Virus record (IMG/VR): IMGVR_UViG_3300030106_002427
Coordinates: 1-42,709 of that record
Source of the DNA: a virus
Lineage: Duplodnaviria > Caudoviricetes
DNA: 42,709 bases
Direction: 5' to 3' (one strand)
Positions 1 to 9,478 of the stretch are shown piece after piece. The position numbers and the translations under genes are program-made. Positions within the stretch are counted from its first letter, which is position 1, and the number at the start of each line of letters is the position of its first letter. The notes beneath the pieces are model-generated. The model saw nothing but the letters and a program-made list of their open reading frames with translations, ran no database searches and was not told the DNA's origin.

Positions 1-120
1 GAAGGTATTATTGACCCTGTTAAAGTTACACTATCATCATTGAATAGTGCGGCTAGTGTTGCGGCATTAGTATTAACATCAGAAGTATTAGTAGGTGAAT
101 TAGATGATATGCATAGTTAA
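1..120 (+). CDS. groEL: Chaperonin (GroEL/Cpn60-like), C-terminal fragment, truncated by window start
   Basis: Frame 1 reads EGIIDPVKVTLSSLNSAASVAALVLTSEVLVGELDDMHS*, matching the GroEL C-terminal pattern GIIDPxKVxxxALxNAASVAxxxLTTE; stop TAA at 118-120. Confidence 0.8.
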   Translation, partial: EGIIDPVKVTLSSLNSAASVAALVLTSEVLVGELDDMHS

Positions 121-220
121 AGATTGCATGGAGTTTACACATAGAGGATTTAGAAAATGTTTAGAATGTTTAAAAGGAAATACACCAGATAAAAGGAGGA
201 ATAAAGATGAAGAAGAATAA
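104..220 (+). CDS. Small Cys-rich (zinc-finger-like) protein, 38 aa
   Basis: Manual translation MICIVKDCMEFTHRGFRKCLECLKGNTPDKRRNKDEEE*; GGTGA SD at 94-98; CxxxxC...CxxC; fills the gap between chaperonin and ORF 207. Confidence 0.55.
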   Translation: MICIVKDCMEFTHRGFRKCLECLKGNTPDKRRNKDEEE

Positions 221-431
221 AGATAAATTAGTTTACCCAACATTAGCAATACAATTGTCTAATGATATGGGATTACCATATGATATGCCCGATGATTGGT
301 TAGAAACCTGTATGCATATCGGTGCTATGATAAATGCGAAATATAAATGTGGACTGAACATAACTTATGGTTTAGTGACAGAAGATTTAATGAAACAAAT
401 GGAGGTTGAAGTAAATGAAAACGAAGAATAA
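207..431 (+). CDS. Hypothetical protein
   Basis: ORF with AGGAGG SD upstream; no recognisable motif. Confidence 0.7.
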   Translation: MKKNKDKLVYPTLAIQLSNDMGLPYDMPDDWLETCMHIGAMINAKYKCGLNITYGLVTEDLMKQMEVEVNENEE

Positions 432-933
432 AGAAGAAAAGAAAGAAGAAAAACTAAAGATAACTTTAGAGAAAGGAGAAGATGATTTAACTAAACAACA
501 GAAATGTTTAGAATTTATTATGAGTATGCGAGGTCAATTAATTATCGGTCAAGCACTTGCTAATTCTATTAAAGCAATGGAAACAAGATTGCCCGAAATG
601 TGGCAAGAGCCTTCCAATGTTAAAGATATGAAATATATCTTAAAGAATTTTGGAATAGCAAAGGCGCTAACTGATACTAAAAACTTAGACACTAAGTATT
701 ATGTTAAAAGAAATAATGAAGTAATTGCTGAGTATGATGATGCTATCTATAATAGTGTATTAGCAAAAGAAGTTGCAGAAAAGATGCATTCGGTTGACCC
801 GAATAACTACTATTCAGCAAGTGTTGAAGTTACATTTAGTCCAGTGTTAATTGAAGGTGGAAGTAAAGAACCACAAGAGATAGGAATATGGTCTTCTGAT
901 TCAGTAGCAACTGATGATGAATTCAATTTTTGA
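415..933 (+). CDS. Hypothetical protein
   Basis: 172-aa ORF, GGAGG upstream, acidic C-terminus. Confidence 0.7.
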   Translation: MKTKNKEEKKEEKLKITLEKGEDDLTKQQKCLEFIMSMRGQLIIGQALANSIKAMETRLPEMWQEPSNVKDMKYILKNFGIAKALTDTKNLDTKYYVKRNNEVIAEYDDAIYNSVLAKEVAEKMHSVDPNNYYSASVEVTFSPVLIEGGSKEPQEIGIWSSDSVATDDEFNF

Positions 934-942
934 GGTAATAAA

Positions 943-1035
943 ATGAAATACGAAGGAGCGATAATAATAATATCAGAGAATGCAACATTTGATTGTCATG
1001 CTGATTATACTTTAGCATTAAAGGAGATGAAATAA
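943..1035 (+). CDS. Hypothetical microprotein, 30 aa
   Basis: MKYEGAIIIISENATFDCHADYTLALKEMK*; GAGGT SD upstream; TAATG overlap with ORF 1035. Confidence 0.45.
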   Translation: MKYEGAIIIISENATFDCHADYTLALKEMK

Positions 1036-1241
1036 TGCCTAAATTTACTATATACATTAGAGATGAAAACCTAAAGAAATACAGAAGTATTCCTAATAAA
1101 GCCGCTTGGGTAAATAATATATTACATAACACAGGTATAAAAGAATTAAAACAAGAAGTTCTTCCTGATTATGTGAAATTAGAAAATAAAATAAAATCTT
1201 TAGAAAAGAGAATGAGAAAATTAGAAAAGGTGATAAAATGA
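1035..1241 (+). CDS. Small putative DNA-binding protein (ribbon-helix-helix-like N-terminus, coiled-coil C-terminus)
   Basis: N-terminal alternating strand KFTIYIRDE followed by two helices; heptad-like C-terminus. Confidence 0.5.
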   Translation: MPKFTIYIRDENLKKYRSIPNKAAWVNNILHNTGIKELKQEVLPDYVKLENKIKSLEKRMRKLEKVIK

Positions 1242-1450
1242 CAGAAGAAACTGAATGGGAATTACTAGGTAGAATACCTAGAGATGCAAAGAATGAATGG
1301 AAAGTGACTAAAGGTGTTTATTGGAAATTAGATGTAGTTGATATTAGATTATATAATAACGATAAACCAACAAAGAAAGGAATAAGATTAAACTTAGAAG
1401 AAATAAAAGTATTACAAGAAATATTAGAGAAGGTGAAACAATGGGAATAG
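1238..1450 (+). CDS. PC4/Sub1-like ssDNA-binding protein
   Basis: VDIRLY...KPTKKGIRLNLEE matches the PC4 signature (VDIRxYY...PTKKGISL). Confidence 0.8.
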   Translation: MTEETEWELLGRIPRDAKNEWKVTKGVYWKLDVVDIRLYNNDKPTKKGIRLNLEEIKVLQEILEKVKQWE

Positions 1451-1821
1451 AAAAATATAATGAAGAAGAATTTAATGATTGGTGCGAAGCACATACAGAA
1501 TGGATGAGAAAGAATTTACCAGCGCAAATGGTAGAGTCTTTTGAGAATGAACTAGAGTCTTTAATCTCTATTAAAGATAAACATGGGTTTATGCTCTTTC
1601 ATCTATTACATATGTCCACACTAAATAAAGATGATAACTACTCTTACTGGGAGGAAGCACAAAACGCATGGAATCTAGCATTGCCTATGGTTCAAGCGTT
1701 TAACACAATGATGATGGGAATGGCTAATAGAGCAGGTGATGAAAAGACATTACATGCTATTGGTTTATCTAATGCATTAATGTTACAAATGTTTTCCGCA
1801 CCAGTTGGTGAAGAAGAATGA
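1441..1821 (+). CDS. Hypothetical protein
   Basis: 126-aa ORF, AGGTGA SD. Confidence 0.7.
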   Translation: MGIEKYNEEEFNDWCEAHTEWMRKNLPAQMVESFENELESLISIKDKHGFMLFHLLHMSTLNKDDNYSYWEEAQNAWNLALPMVQAFNTMMMGMANRAGDEKTLHAIGLSNALMLQMFSAPVGEEE

Positions 1822-2063
1822 GTGTTAAATTAGAAGATGGTACACTAAGGCGAAGAAGTAAACACACAAGGTTAGTCAAAAGATTAACTGAGTTATTATC
1901 AGATGATGTATTAAGTACCAAAGAAATAATGGATAATCTAAATAAAACTTGGAAGAATTCTTCTCCGTCACAACAACGTGTAGTTAACATTCTAACTAGA
2001 TACCCTGAGTTTATTAGGATTAATAGTAGAAAAGAACGACCTGCTTTATGGGGGTTACGGTAA
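1818..2063 (+). CDS. Winged-helix DNA-binding protein (paralog of 12938..13207)
   Basis: LSTKEIMDNL...PSQQRVVNIL...EFIRINSRKERPALW wHTH-like pattern; ATGA overlap with previous gene. Confidence 0.65.
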   Translation: MSVKLEDGTLRRRSKHTRLVKRLTELLSDDVLSTKEIMDNLNKTWKNSSPSQQRVVNILTRYPEFIRINSRKERPALWGLR

Positions 2064-2794
2064 TGTATGATACGTTAACCGAATCAATAAAATCAAAATG
2101 GACTTTTAAACCAAACTATATGCATTTTAATACTACAGAACTTTATCAACATACATGTAAACATTGTGGTAAAGATTTCAAAAATAAGTCTATTAATTCT
2201 AAATGGTGTAGTAAGAAATGTGAAAACGACCAAAGAAAACCATATAAGAGACATTGGGCGCAAATAAATAGAGGTCTCATTTGGTCTATCCTAGAATTCA
2301 AAAGTATGACTGAACCATGTATTTATTGTGGTAAATTACATATGAAAAAATCAATTAGACAAAAAACATGTGGAAGTAAGTTTTGTAAAAACCTACATAA
2401 GAAGATTGGGAAAAGAAACTATGAGAGAAATAGACGTAGAACTGACCCTAAATATAGATTAGACCAAAGAATTAGATTACAATTAAGAAGGGATTTAAAA
2501 AATAGAGGAATGGGAAAACATCAAAGAACTTATGAAATGTTTGATTTCAATAGAGATGAATTAATTAAACATATTGAATCTAAATTCACTGATGGTATGT
2601 CTTGGGATAATATAGATGAGTGGCACTTAGACCATATAATACCTAAACAGGCTTTCAAATATAAATCAATAGATGATGGGGAATTTAAAGTGTGTTGGTC
2701 ATTAGTTAATCTTCAACCTAAGTGGGCTGAAGATAATATGCGAAAGAGTTCCAAATTTGATGGTGGTTTTTATAGAAAAGGTGAAAGAATATGA
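2063..2794 (+). CDS. HNH endonuclease with N-terminal Cys-rich zinc-binding repeats (free-standing homing endonuclease-like)
   Basis: WHLDHIIP...NLQPKWAEDNMRK HNH motif; two CxxCGK...C repeats; start placed at TAATG overlap 2063. Confidence 0.85.
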   Translation: MYDTLTESIKSKWTFKPNYMHFNTTELYQHTCKHCGKDFKNKSINSKWCSKKCENDQRKPYKRHWAQINRGLIWSILEFKSMTEPCIYCGKLHMKKSIRQKTCGSKFCKNLHKKIGKRNYERNRRRTDPKYRLDQRIRLQLRRDLKNRGMGKHQRTYEMFDFNRDELIKHIESKFTDGMSWDNIDEWHLDHIIPKQAFKYKSIDDGEFKVCWSLVNLQPKWAEDNMRKSSKFDGGFYRKGERI

Positions 2795-4350
2795 GATGGA
2801 TAGAATTTAGTAGATTAATGCAAGCAGTAGAATATAAAACGCCAACTAAAACAGTTAGTTTATTGGCTAAAGAATTTAAAGAAATAGAAAATAAAACAAG
2901 GTTTATTGATATATTATCTTTAAATTTAGGCCCAAATAATCTAGCAAGTAAGAAGGCATTAAAATGGATTACTAAATCTTTAGAAGTATTCGAAGAAGAA
3001 ATTGAAACTTCTATTTATAATCATGGAGATATCGGAGAAGCGATATATCATTTTGATAATATTGATGAATCTTCCGAGTACGGTTTAGGCCCAATGTATT
3101 CTTTATTACAAATGGATTGTAGTAAAAGTGATGGAGAAGCATTTAGAATTTTTAATACCTATTTTAATGGGATGTCATCATTAGAAAGAAAATGGTTTTT
3201 GAGATACTGGTTAAGAACGCCAAGAAACGGAATCAATGAAGGACTAGTTAGAAAATTAGTTGCTAAAGTATATGATAAGAAGGAAGCAGAAGTTAAAAAA
3301 CATATGCAATTACATTCCTTATCTGATATAGTCGTGTACTATTCAATAAATCAAACACCACCTAATGATTTAGTAATTGGTAGATTCATTAAGCCTATGT
3401 TAGCGAAAGAAGTTCCTAAAGAGAAGTGGCCTAAAGAATCTATTATTGAATACAAGTATGATGGTGCTAGGTATCAGATTCATTATTGTTTGAAACCTTT
3501 TATTCAAATGAATACTAAAATTACAATGTTAGACCCCTCCATTATTATTTTCAATCGTAAAGGTAAGGTAGTTACAGATAAGTTTCCCGATATTGTTCTT
3601 ATGATAAATGCATGGGAAATGAAAGAATCATTTATTATTGATACAGAAATATATCCTGTTGAAAGTAACGGCAGACCTGCTCCTTTCAAGAAGATGGGAA
3701 CTCGTATTCATTCTAAGAACATTGATGAAGCAGTTGAAAAATGTCCCGTAGAACTGGCTGTGTTCGATTGCATGATGTTTAATGGTGAAAACCTAATGGA
3801 TAACTCATTAAGAGAACGATTACCGTTTATCCTTAAATTCCATAAACAAGCAGTTAGAGTTACAGAAGACAGTGACTCTTTCTATAACTTAGCAATCAAT
3901 GATGGTTACGAAGGTATAATGGTTAAAGACCTTAACGCTTCATATGAAAGTGGTAAACGTTCTTGGGTTAAGTATAAACCACCAAGAATAGAGTTAGATG
4001 TTGTAGTTACTGGAGCAAGATACGGTGAAGGTAAGAGGGCTACGGTATTTGGTTCATATGATATAGCAGTTAAAGATGGAACTAAGTTCATCCCAGTTGG
4101 TAGTATTGGAACTGGGTTTTCGAATATAGATTTAATATCTTTAACTCAACAAGGTAAGAAGATAGTTCAAAGGGTTGTAGATGGCACATATGAATTATTA
4201 CCTAGAATAGTATTAGAGGTTACAGCAGATTTAGTAAGTAAGGATGCTGATAATAATTTAGGGTTAAGGTTTCCTAGATTATTAAGAATTAGAAATGATA
4301 AACCAGTATCAGATATTAACACAATATCTGATGTTGAAGCCTTAATGTAA
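2791..4350 (+). CDS. lig: ATP-dependent DNA ligase
   Basis: Motif I EYKYDGAR, IV EGIMVK, V WVKYK, VI LRFPRLLRIRNDK; N-terminal DNA-binding domain (GDIGE). Confidence 0.95.
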   Translation: MRWIEFSRLMQAVEYKTPTKTVSLLAKEFKEIENKTRFIDILSLNLGPNNLASKKALKWITKSLEVFEEEIETSIYNHGDIGEAIYHFDNIDESSEYGLGPMYSLLQMDCSKSDGEAFRIFNTYFNGMSSLERKWFLRYWLRTPRNGINEGLVRKLVAKVYDKKEAEVKKHMQLHSLSDIVVYYSINQTPPNDLVIGRFIKPMLAKEVPKEKWPKESIIEYKYDGARYQIHYCLKPFIQMNTKITMLDPSIIIFNRKGKVVTDKFPDIVLMINAWEMKESFIIDTEIYPVESNGRPAPFKKMGTRIHSKNIDEAVEKCPVELAVFDCMMFNGENLMDNSLRERLPFILKFHKQAVRVTEDSDSFYNLAINDGYEGIMVKDLNASYESGKRSWVKYKPPRIELDVVVTGARYGEGKRATVFGSYDIAVKDGTKFIPVGSIGTGFSNIDLISLTQQGKKIVQRVVDGTYELLPRIVLEVTADLVSKDADNNLGLRFPRLLRIRNDKPVSDINTISDVEALM

Positions 4351-4387
4351 AGTAAAGTATAAGTGGGGCAGATTACTCGCACCCAAT

Positions 4388-4684
4388 ATGATACAATGGA
4401 TTTTAAAGAAGATACTTTATTTTATGGGAGTTGTTTATGTGATAATAGATACATTTGTTAAGTACCCTACAGATGAAATAGTAGGTATAAAAATAGATGA
4501 GTCGTTAAGAAATTTAAGCAGAAGACAGTTGTGTAGACAGATGGAAATTACATACGGATTAGAAGAAGATGTGTTTTGGAATTTACCTTCTACATCTAAA
4601 ATTAGATTAGGTTGTCAGATAACTAGAAACATGCAAAAGAAAGCAAAGATGGATTCTGAAACTATGAGGAAACTTAACGATTGA
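4388..4684 (+). CDS. Hypothetical protein with hydrophobic N-terminus
   Basis: 98-aa ORF; ILYFMGVVYVIIDTFV hydrophobic stretch. Confidence 0.6.
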   Translation: MIQWILKKILYFMGVVYVIIDTFVKYPTDEIVGIKIDESLRNLSRRQLCRQMEITYGLEEDVFWNLPSTSKIRLGCQITRNMQKKAKMDSETMRKLND

Positions 4685-4693
4685 GGGTTACTC

Positions 4694-5047
4694 ATGGAAG
4701 AATATACAGAAGATGTTAAAGCAGAATGGACCGAAGAATATGGTTCAATAACAACAATCACCTTTATGGTATATGGTGATTTAGGAACTAAAGAAAATAT
4801 AATTTTAAACTATGCCATAAAGGATAATTTTGAGATAAATAAATATGCTCAATTAATAGAAGAAATAGATAAAGAAAAAGCAGAATTACTTAATATGTAT
4901 AAAGGGGTTTGTATCCAATGGATTTTCCCTAATAATTTAAAGGAAGCGGAAGAAGTTAAAGATATAATTTCTGATGGATTAAGTTATCAAAGATTATTAC
5001 ATGAATGTATAGGAGTGTCGAAAGATGTTTACGAGAGAACAACTTGA
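4694..5047 (+). CDS. Hypothetical protein
   Basis: 117-aa acidic ORF, GAGG SD. Confidence 0.65.
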   Translation: MEEYTEDVKAEWTEEYGSITTITFMVYGDLGTKENIILNYAIKDNFEINKYAQLIEEIDKEKAELLNMYKGVCIQWIFPNNLKEAEEVKDIISDGLSYQRLLHECIGVSKDVYERTT

Positions 5048-5423
5048 AGGAATATTAGTAGCAATAGCAAGACCACAAATAGCAATAGCACAGAATGTAA
5101 GACATTCTACTGGTTATAAGATTAAATTATCAGTAGAAATTCGTGCAATGAATAGAGAGTTTTTGGCGCTGTTACAAGAATCATTAAAGGAATGTGGTAT
5201 AGATTCCTATTTAAAAGAAATAGAAAAGAAGAGTAGACCGTATCCAGTACTTAGAATTACTAATGCGGATAACTTAATTAATCTATTTCAACTTATACCA
5301 AACTTACCCAAACATTGTGTTAATTTTGATTCATTTTTAGAAGCAGTAACGCTGTTTTCTAATAAACATCATTTAACACAAAAAGGGTTAAACAGAATGT
5401 TAGAGATAAAGGGATTACTATGA
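5025..5423 (+). CDS. Single-domain LAGLIDADG-fold protein with degenerate catalytic helix
   Basis: N-terminal helix EQLEGILVAIA, beta region GYKIKLSVEI, C-terminal KHHLTQKGLNRMLEIK typical of LAGLIDADG proteins. Confidence 0.65.
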   Translation: MFTREQLEGILVAIARPQIAIAQNVRHSTGYKIKLSVEIRAMNREFLALLQESLKECGIDSYLKEIEKKSRPYPVLRITNADNLINLFQLIPNLPKHCVNFDSFLEAVTLFSNKHHLTQKGLNRMLEIKGLL

Positions 5424-6274
5424 GTTTAATAAATATGGGAGAAAAGAAAAGACCAATATTAATTACAGGAAAAAGCGGAACTGGAAAAAGCACTATGGCT
5501 AAGGCTATAATAGATAACGATGATGTGTTAATCTATTATGCTAATGAATTAGAAGATAGAGATTGGAAGTCCGTTGAACAAGATATTATTATTGAAGAAG
5601 TACATTACAAACCTAAGAAGGATATTGTGATGGATATAATACGAAATGCGAAAGGTTCTATTGTATTAACTTCTAATAATGAAAAAGATGTTCCAAAGGT
5701 AATTAAGAATTGTTGTAAAGTTAAAAGGGCTGGAACTAAAAAACACCTTATAGATAATATAAAGCGGTTAGCACCAAGAAGTGAAGAACCGTATAATATC
5801 AATAAAAGTGTTTTTGATTTAGTAGGGGATTATCTAAAAAACCCTAATAGAGATTTAGTTCTAAAGTTTTTAAAATATAATAAACCACCCGATGTTCAGA
5901 TAATGACTTGGTTAGGAATGAATCTTCATCCTAATAAGTTAACGTTTGTAGATGGGGTAGTTAAGAGAAGGTGGTCATCAGATTACTTTTATGAGTTGTT
6001 GGCTTACTCACATGATGGTAGAATATTTTCAAGATTAACTTTCCCTAAAAGGGGTAGTTATTCTAAAATACCTACTATACTTAGAAAGTTAAAGATTAAA
6101 CCAAATCAAGGTTACTTAATCAACCAATTGTTAATGGATGATGAATTTCATACATGGGCAAGTAAAAGATTAAAGAGTGAAGAAAAAAGAGTACTGGGAA
6201 TAAAAGAAAGAGCAAGACCAAGAACTGCTCCCATTATTCCCGAAAGAACCCTTAAGTTAGAAGGGTGGTTTTAA
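5420..6274 (+). CDS. Clamp loader large subunit-like AAA+ protein (RFC-L-like, shortened)
   Basis: Walker A GKSGTGKS, Walker B variant IIIEEVH, LTSN sensor; adjacent to RFC small subunit; ends LEGWF. Confidence 0.65.
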   Translation: MSLINMGEKKRPILITGKSGTGKSTMAKAIIDNDDVLIYYANELEDRDWKSVEQDIIIEEVHYKPKKDIVMDIIRNAKGSIVLTSNNEKDVPKVIKNCCKVKRAGTKKHLIDNIKRLAPRSEEPYNINKSVFDLVGDYLKNPNRDLVLKFLKYNKPPDVQIMTWLGMNLHPNKLTFVDGVVKRRWSSDYFYELLAYSHDGRIFSRLTFPKRGSYSKIPTILRKLKIKPNQGYLINQLLMDDEFHTWASKRLKSEEKRVLGIKERARPRTAPIIPERTLKLEGWF

Positions 6275-6287
6275 GGAGGAATAAAAA

Positions 6288-7199
6288 ATGTTATGGACAG
6301 AAAAATACAGACCAAAAAATATATACGAATTAATAGGGCAAGAGACATTTAAACTCGATGCCGAAAACTGGATAGAAATAAAAGATATGCCTAATGTATT
6401 ATTATACGGACAGGCTGGAGTAGGTAAAACTGCGGCGGCTGGTATATTAGCATTAGAGATATTACAGTCTGAAATAGACTCAAACTATTTTGAGATTAAC
6501 GCTAGTGATGATAGGCGTTTAGAAGTAGTTAGAACAACTATTAAAGATATAGCACAGCAAAAAGCAATAGGAGATGTACCATTTAAAATCATATTACTTG
6601 ATGAAATGGATGGAATGACTCCCGATGCTCAAAATGCTTTAAAAAGAATAATGGAAAGATATTCAAGTAATGTTAGATTTATCATTACTGCTAATGATAG
6701 GAGTAAGATTATCTATCCCTTGCAATCAAGATGTGCAAATTACTTCTTTAGTAAACTGGATAACTCCACAATTACAACATTGTGCAAGACAATCCTGACG
6801 AAAGAGGAAAAATCACATCCATCAGATGCAGATTTGGATTCCTTTATAAGTTACTACAACGGTGATGTTCGTAGAACAATAACGGAATTGCAAGCCGCAC
6901 TTGCAAGTGGATTGAGTTTGAGAAAACAGGTGGATAAAAGTCTTGAGAGGTATGATGGAATATTGAACTTGTTAGAAGAAGGAAAACACGGAAAAGCATT
7001 AGAAGAATTACATGGGGCATTATACGCTGGAAAAACTGTCAAAGATATTTGCTATGGATTACATGAAGTTATTGTTAAGAGTGACATAAATAATGAATCA
7101 AAATACAAATATTTGAGAGCAGTTGGTGAAGCAGAATGGCGTGGAAAAGGAATGACCCCAAGAGTACTAGTCTCATGGCTAGTATCACAACTAAGATAA
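6288..7199 (+). CDS. rfcS: Replication factor C small subunit
   Basis: WTEKYRP, GQAGVGKT, EINASD, ILLDEMD, AQNALKRIME, LQSRC arginine finger, GDVR. Confidence 0.95.
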   Translation: MLWTEKYRPKNIYELIGQETFKLDAENWIEIKDMPNVLLYGQAGVGKTAAAGILALEILQSEIDSNYFEINASDDRRLEVVRTTIKDIAQQKAIGDVPFKIILLDEMDGMTPDAQNALKRIMERYSSNVRFIITANDRSKIIYPLQSRCANYFFSKLDNSTITTLCKTILTKEEKSHPSDADLDSFISYYNGDVRRTITELQAALASGLSLRKQVDKSLERYDGILNLLEEGKHGKALEELHGALYAGKTVKDICYGLHEVIVKSDINNESKYKYLRAVGEAEWRGKGMTPRVLVSWLVSQLR

Positions 7200-7274
7200 T
7201 AATCCAAACGGATAATAAATCTAGTCTATTGACTAGTATAAAATAAATAAAATAAAATAAAAAGAGGAATATAT

Positions 7275-8492
7275 ATGAAAGAAGAAATGAAAAATGAAAT
7301 AGAAAAATACGCAGAAAAATTAGGCGTTAGTGTTGAACAAGCACAAGCAGACTATGAGGATATAGTTGCAAAGCATGATTTAAACCTAGAAGATGAAAAC
7401 GAATTTAAAATCGCAAGAAGTCTTTTTAGGTCTAAATTCTCTCAACAAATGGCGACAAAGAAAAAAGAAGCAGAGGGCGGGACCACGGAATATGATGGTC
7501 CTACTTATACTAAAACTGCTACTGGTTTCTTTTATGCAGTTGAAGGGGCTAGAGATTGGGAAGAAAATAGAAGAAACAATTTACTTGCTGATTACCAAAG
7601 AGATGCAACAGCATGTCTTAACTCTGGAAGTGTAGCAGTAGCAGTATCTTTAGAGGATGGAAGGCATGAAGTTACCATGTTATCTAAAGGTGAAATGGTT
7701 ACTAAAGTTATGGAAAAAATACCTGATAGTGGAATGCAAGTTGATGACGATAAATGGATTATCCCTGTAGATAATAGACAAGCATTTGCTAGTGGTCAAC
7801 CTAATCCTAGATACGGAAAACCTTTACCTGCTGAAGCATGGTCAAGAAGGTTATTCTTTGTAGGTAAACTTGATGATGGTGAATACCAAGAATATCAGTT
7901 AAGAATGAGTGGAGAACAATGTAAAGACTTTTCACCAACAACATTTAGTTGGTGTTCATTTACTTGTGTTCCTAATTCAAACAATGCTAATATTCTAAGT
8001 GCTAGAAAAGATGGTAGTACAGTATCTTCTCTACAATACTTAGAGTTAGAAGATAGCATTATTGAAGTGGTACAATCTACATTAGGTGAAAGAATAGTAG
8101 AACTAACTGGTTTACAATCAGCACATACAGATAATTCACACAAGAAATCAGATGAAAGAATTATTGTTACAGATGGTAATGTTGAGAACATGAACTTACA
8201 ACAAACTGCTAACGGAAACCAAACACTATATCTTAGCGATTTAAATGCTGACTTTAATTGGGATGGAGAAGGTTACTCATCAGTAACATGTTGGGTTCCT
8301 TCTTATGTCAATATTGATTTTGGTATTGGTAGTAATGTAATTGTTTGTGGTAGAACTTCTCAAGGAACAGATAGAGAAACAGGAGAATTAAGACCTGTTT
8401 CAATTAATGTTTTAGGATTGTATGCTATTGATAGACATGGAAGCGCTGAAGTAAATACCGTTGTTGTGGAAGATAATGGGGAATGGTTCTGA
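7275..8492 (+). CDS. Probable single-stranded DNA-binding protein (RPA/OB-fold-like)
   Basis: C-terminal OB-like pattern (ITDGNVENM...LYLSDL...VTCW...GSNVIVCGR...SINV); acidic-aromatic tail EDNGEWF; lies between RFC and recombinase-like ATPase. Confidence 0.55.
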   Translation: MKEEMKNEIEKYAEKLGVSVEQAQADYEDIVAKHDLNLEDENEFKIARSLFRSKFSQQMATKKKEAEGGTTEYDGPTYTKTATGFFYAVEGARDWEENRRNNLLADYQRDATACLNSGSVAVAVSLEDGRHEVTMLSKGEMVTKVMEKIPDSGMQVDDDKWIIPVDNRQAFASGQPNPRYGKPLPAEAWSRRLFFVGKLDDGEYQEYQLRMSGEQCKDFSPTTFSWCSFTCVPNSNNANILSARKDGSTVSSLQYLELEDSIIEVVQSTLGERIVELTGLQSAHTDNSHKKSDERIIVTDGNVENMNLQQTANGNQTLYLSDLNADFNWDGEGYSSVTCWVPSYVNIDFGIGSNVIVCGRTSQGTDRETGELRPVSINVLGLYAIDRHGSAEVNTVVVEDNGEWF

Positions 8493-9376
8493 TGAGTTTA
8501 AAGACAATGAGTAAACCAAACCAAAAACAAGCAGTTGGTCCAGAGGTACAAAAAGAACTTCAATACCAACAGTGGAAAAAACTAACAGCAGAAGCAAGAA
8601 AGGCACAACTAAAAAGAAAACATTCCTTTTTGGTTTTATCAATTGAGGGTAAAGCCAAACAAGGTAAATCAGGATTAGGTCTTGACTTAAGAACTGATAA
8701 AGAAATTAAAGATGGGGCCATACTACGCTTTTTAGATTTTGATGATGGTGCAGAAGTAACGTGGAAATCATGTTGGGATTCAGACCCTAACATCTATGTA
8801 TATTGCCCGAATCATCATAATTCCGATGGTACAGAAAACTATGCTTTAACTATGCAAAATGCATTAAACTTCATTAGAGAAACAGAAGAAATGATTGCAG
8901 ATAAAAATACTAATGTTAGAGCATTTGTTATGGATGGTATGGATAAATGGAATGATTGTGTAACTAATAAATTAAGGTATGAAAGAGTAAAGGGTGACAG
9001 AAAGAAAATGATGGACCCTATACCTCCTACTGCCTATGGTGCTAGAAATATAGACCATAATGAGGTATTTATTAGTGCGTTAAAATTGCAATGTGATAAA
9101 GTATTTATTACACATCTTAAACCAACATATCAGGATTTTAATAATCCTTCTATAACAGGATTAGTTGCTAATTGGAATAAAGATGTTCCCGATAAAATGA
9201 TGCAGATGATTAGCATTAGGGATGAATCAGTTGGTAACAACACAAAATATGTTGCAAGGTTAAAGGCAAGTAAAACAAACCCCAACTTAGTTGGTAAAAC
9301 TTGGACTATCTTTGAGTCTAACTCTAAAGAAGCCAAATGGAATGGTATCCCCGACCTAAGAAACAGGGGAATTTAA
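8492..9376 (+). CDS. RecA/RadA/Sak4-like P-loop ATPase (putative recombinase)
   Basis: Walker A GKAKQGKS, FLDFDDG, Walker B FVMDG, VFITH; TGATG overlap with SSB gene. Confidence 0.7.
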   Translation: MSLKTMSKPNQKQAVGPEVQKELQYQQWKKLTAEARKAQLKRKHSFLVLSIEGKAKQGKSGLGLDLRTDKEIKDGAILRFLDFDDGAEVTWKSCWDSDPNIYVYCPNHHNSDGTENYALTMQNALNFIRETEEMIADKNTNVRAFVMDGMDKWNDCVTNKLRYERVKGDRKKMMDPIPPTAYGARNIDHNEVFISALKLQCDKVFITHLKPTYQDFNNPSITGLVANWNKDVPDKMMQMISIRDESVGNNTKYVARLKASKTNPNLVGKTWTIFESNSKEAKWNGIPDLRNRGI

Positions 9377-9378
9377 GA

Positions 9379-9478
9379 CTCGCAAGAGTGAGGTTTACTA
9401 AATAAAAATGACAAAATTCGATACGTGTTTAGGCATAGTAAGGGGTCAGAGGTGGTCCTGTCATTCCTCATTAGCGAG
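9379..9478 (+). other. Intergenic segment with nested inverted repeats (candidate structured RNA)
   Basis: CTCGC(9379-83)/GCGAG(9474-78), TGAGG(9389-93)/CCTCA(9466-70), AATGACA(9407-13)/TGTCATT(9459-65). Confidence 0.4.

Noticed and set aside
4351-4387. Weak hairpin after the ligase gene
   Set aside because: Short bulged stem with no T-tract; not distinguishable from chance
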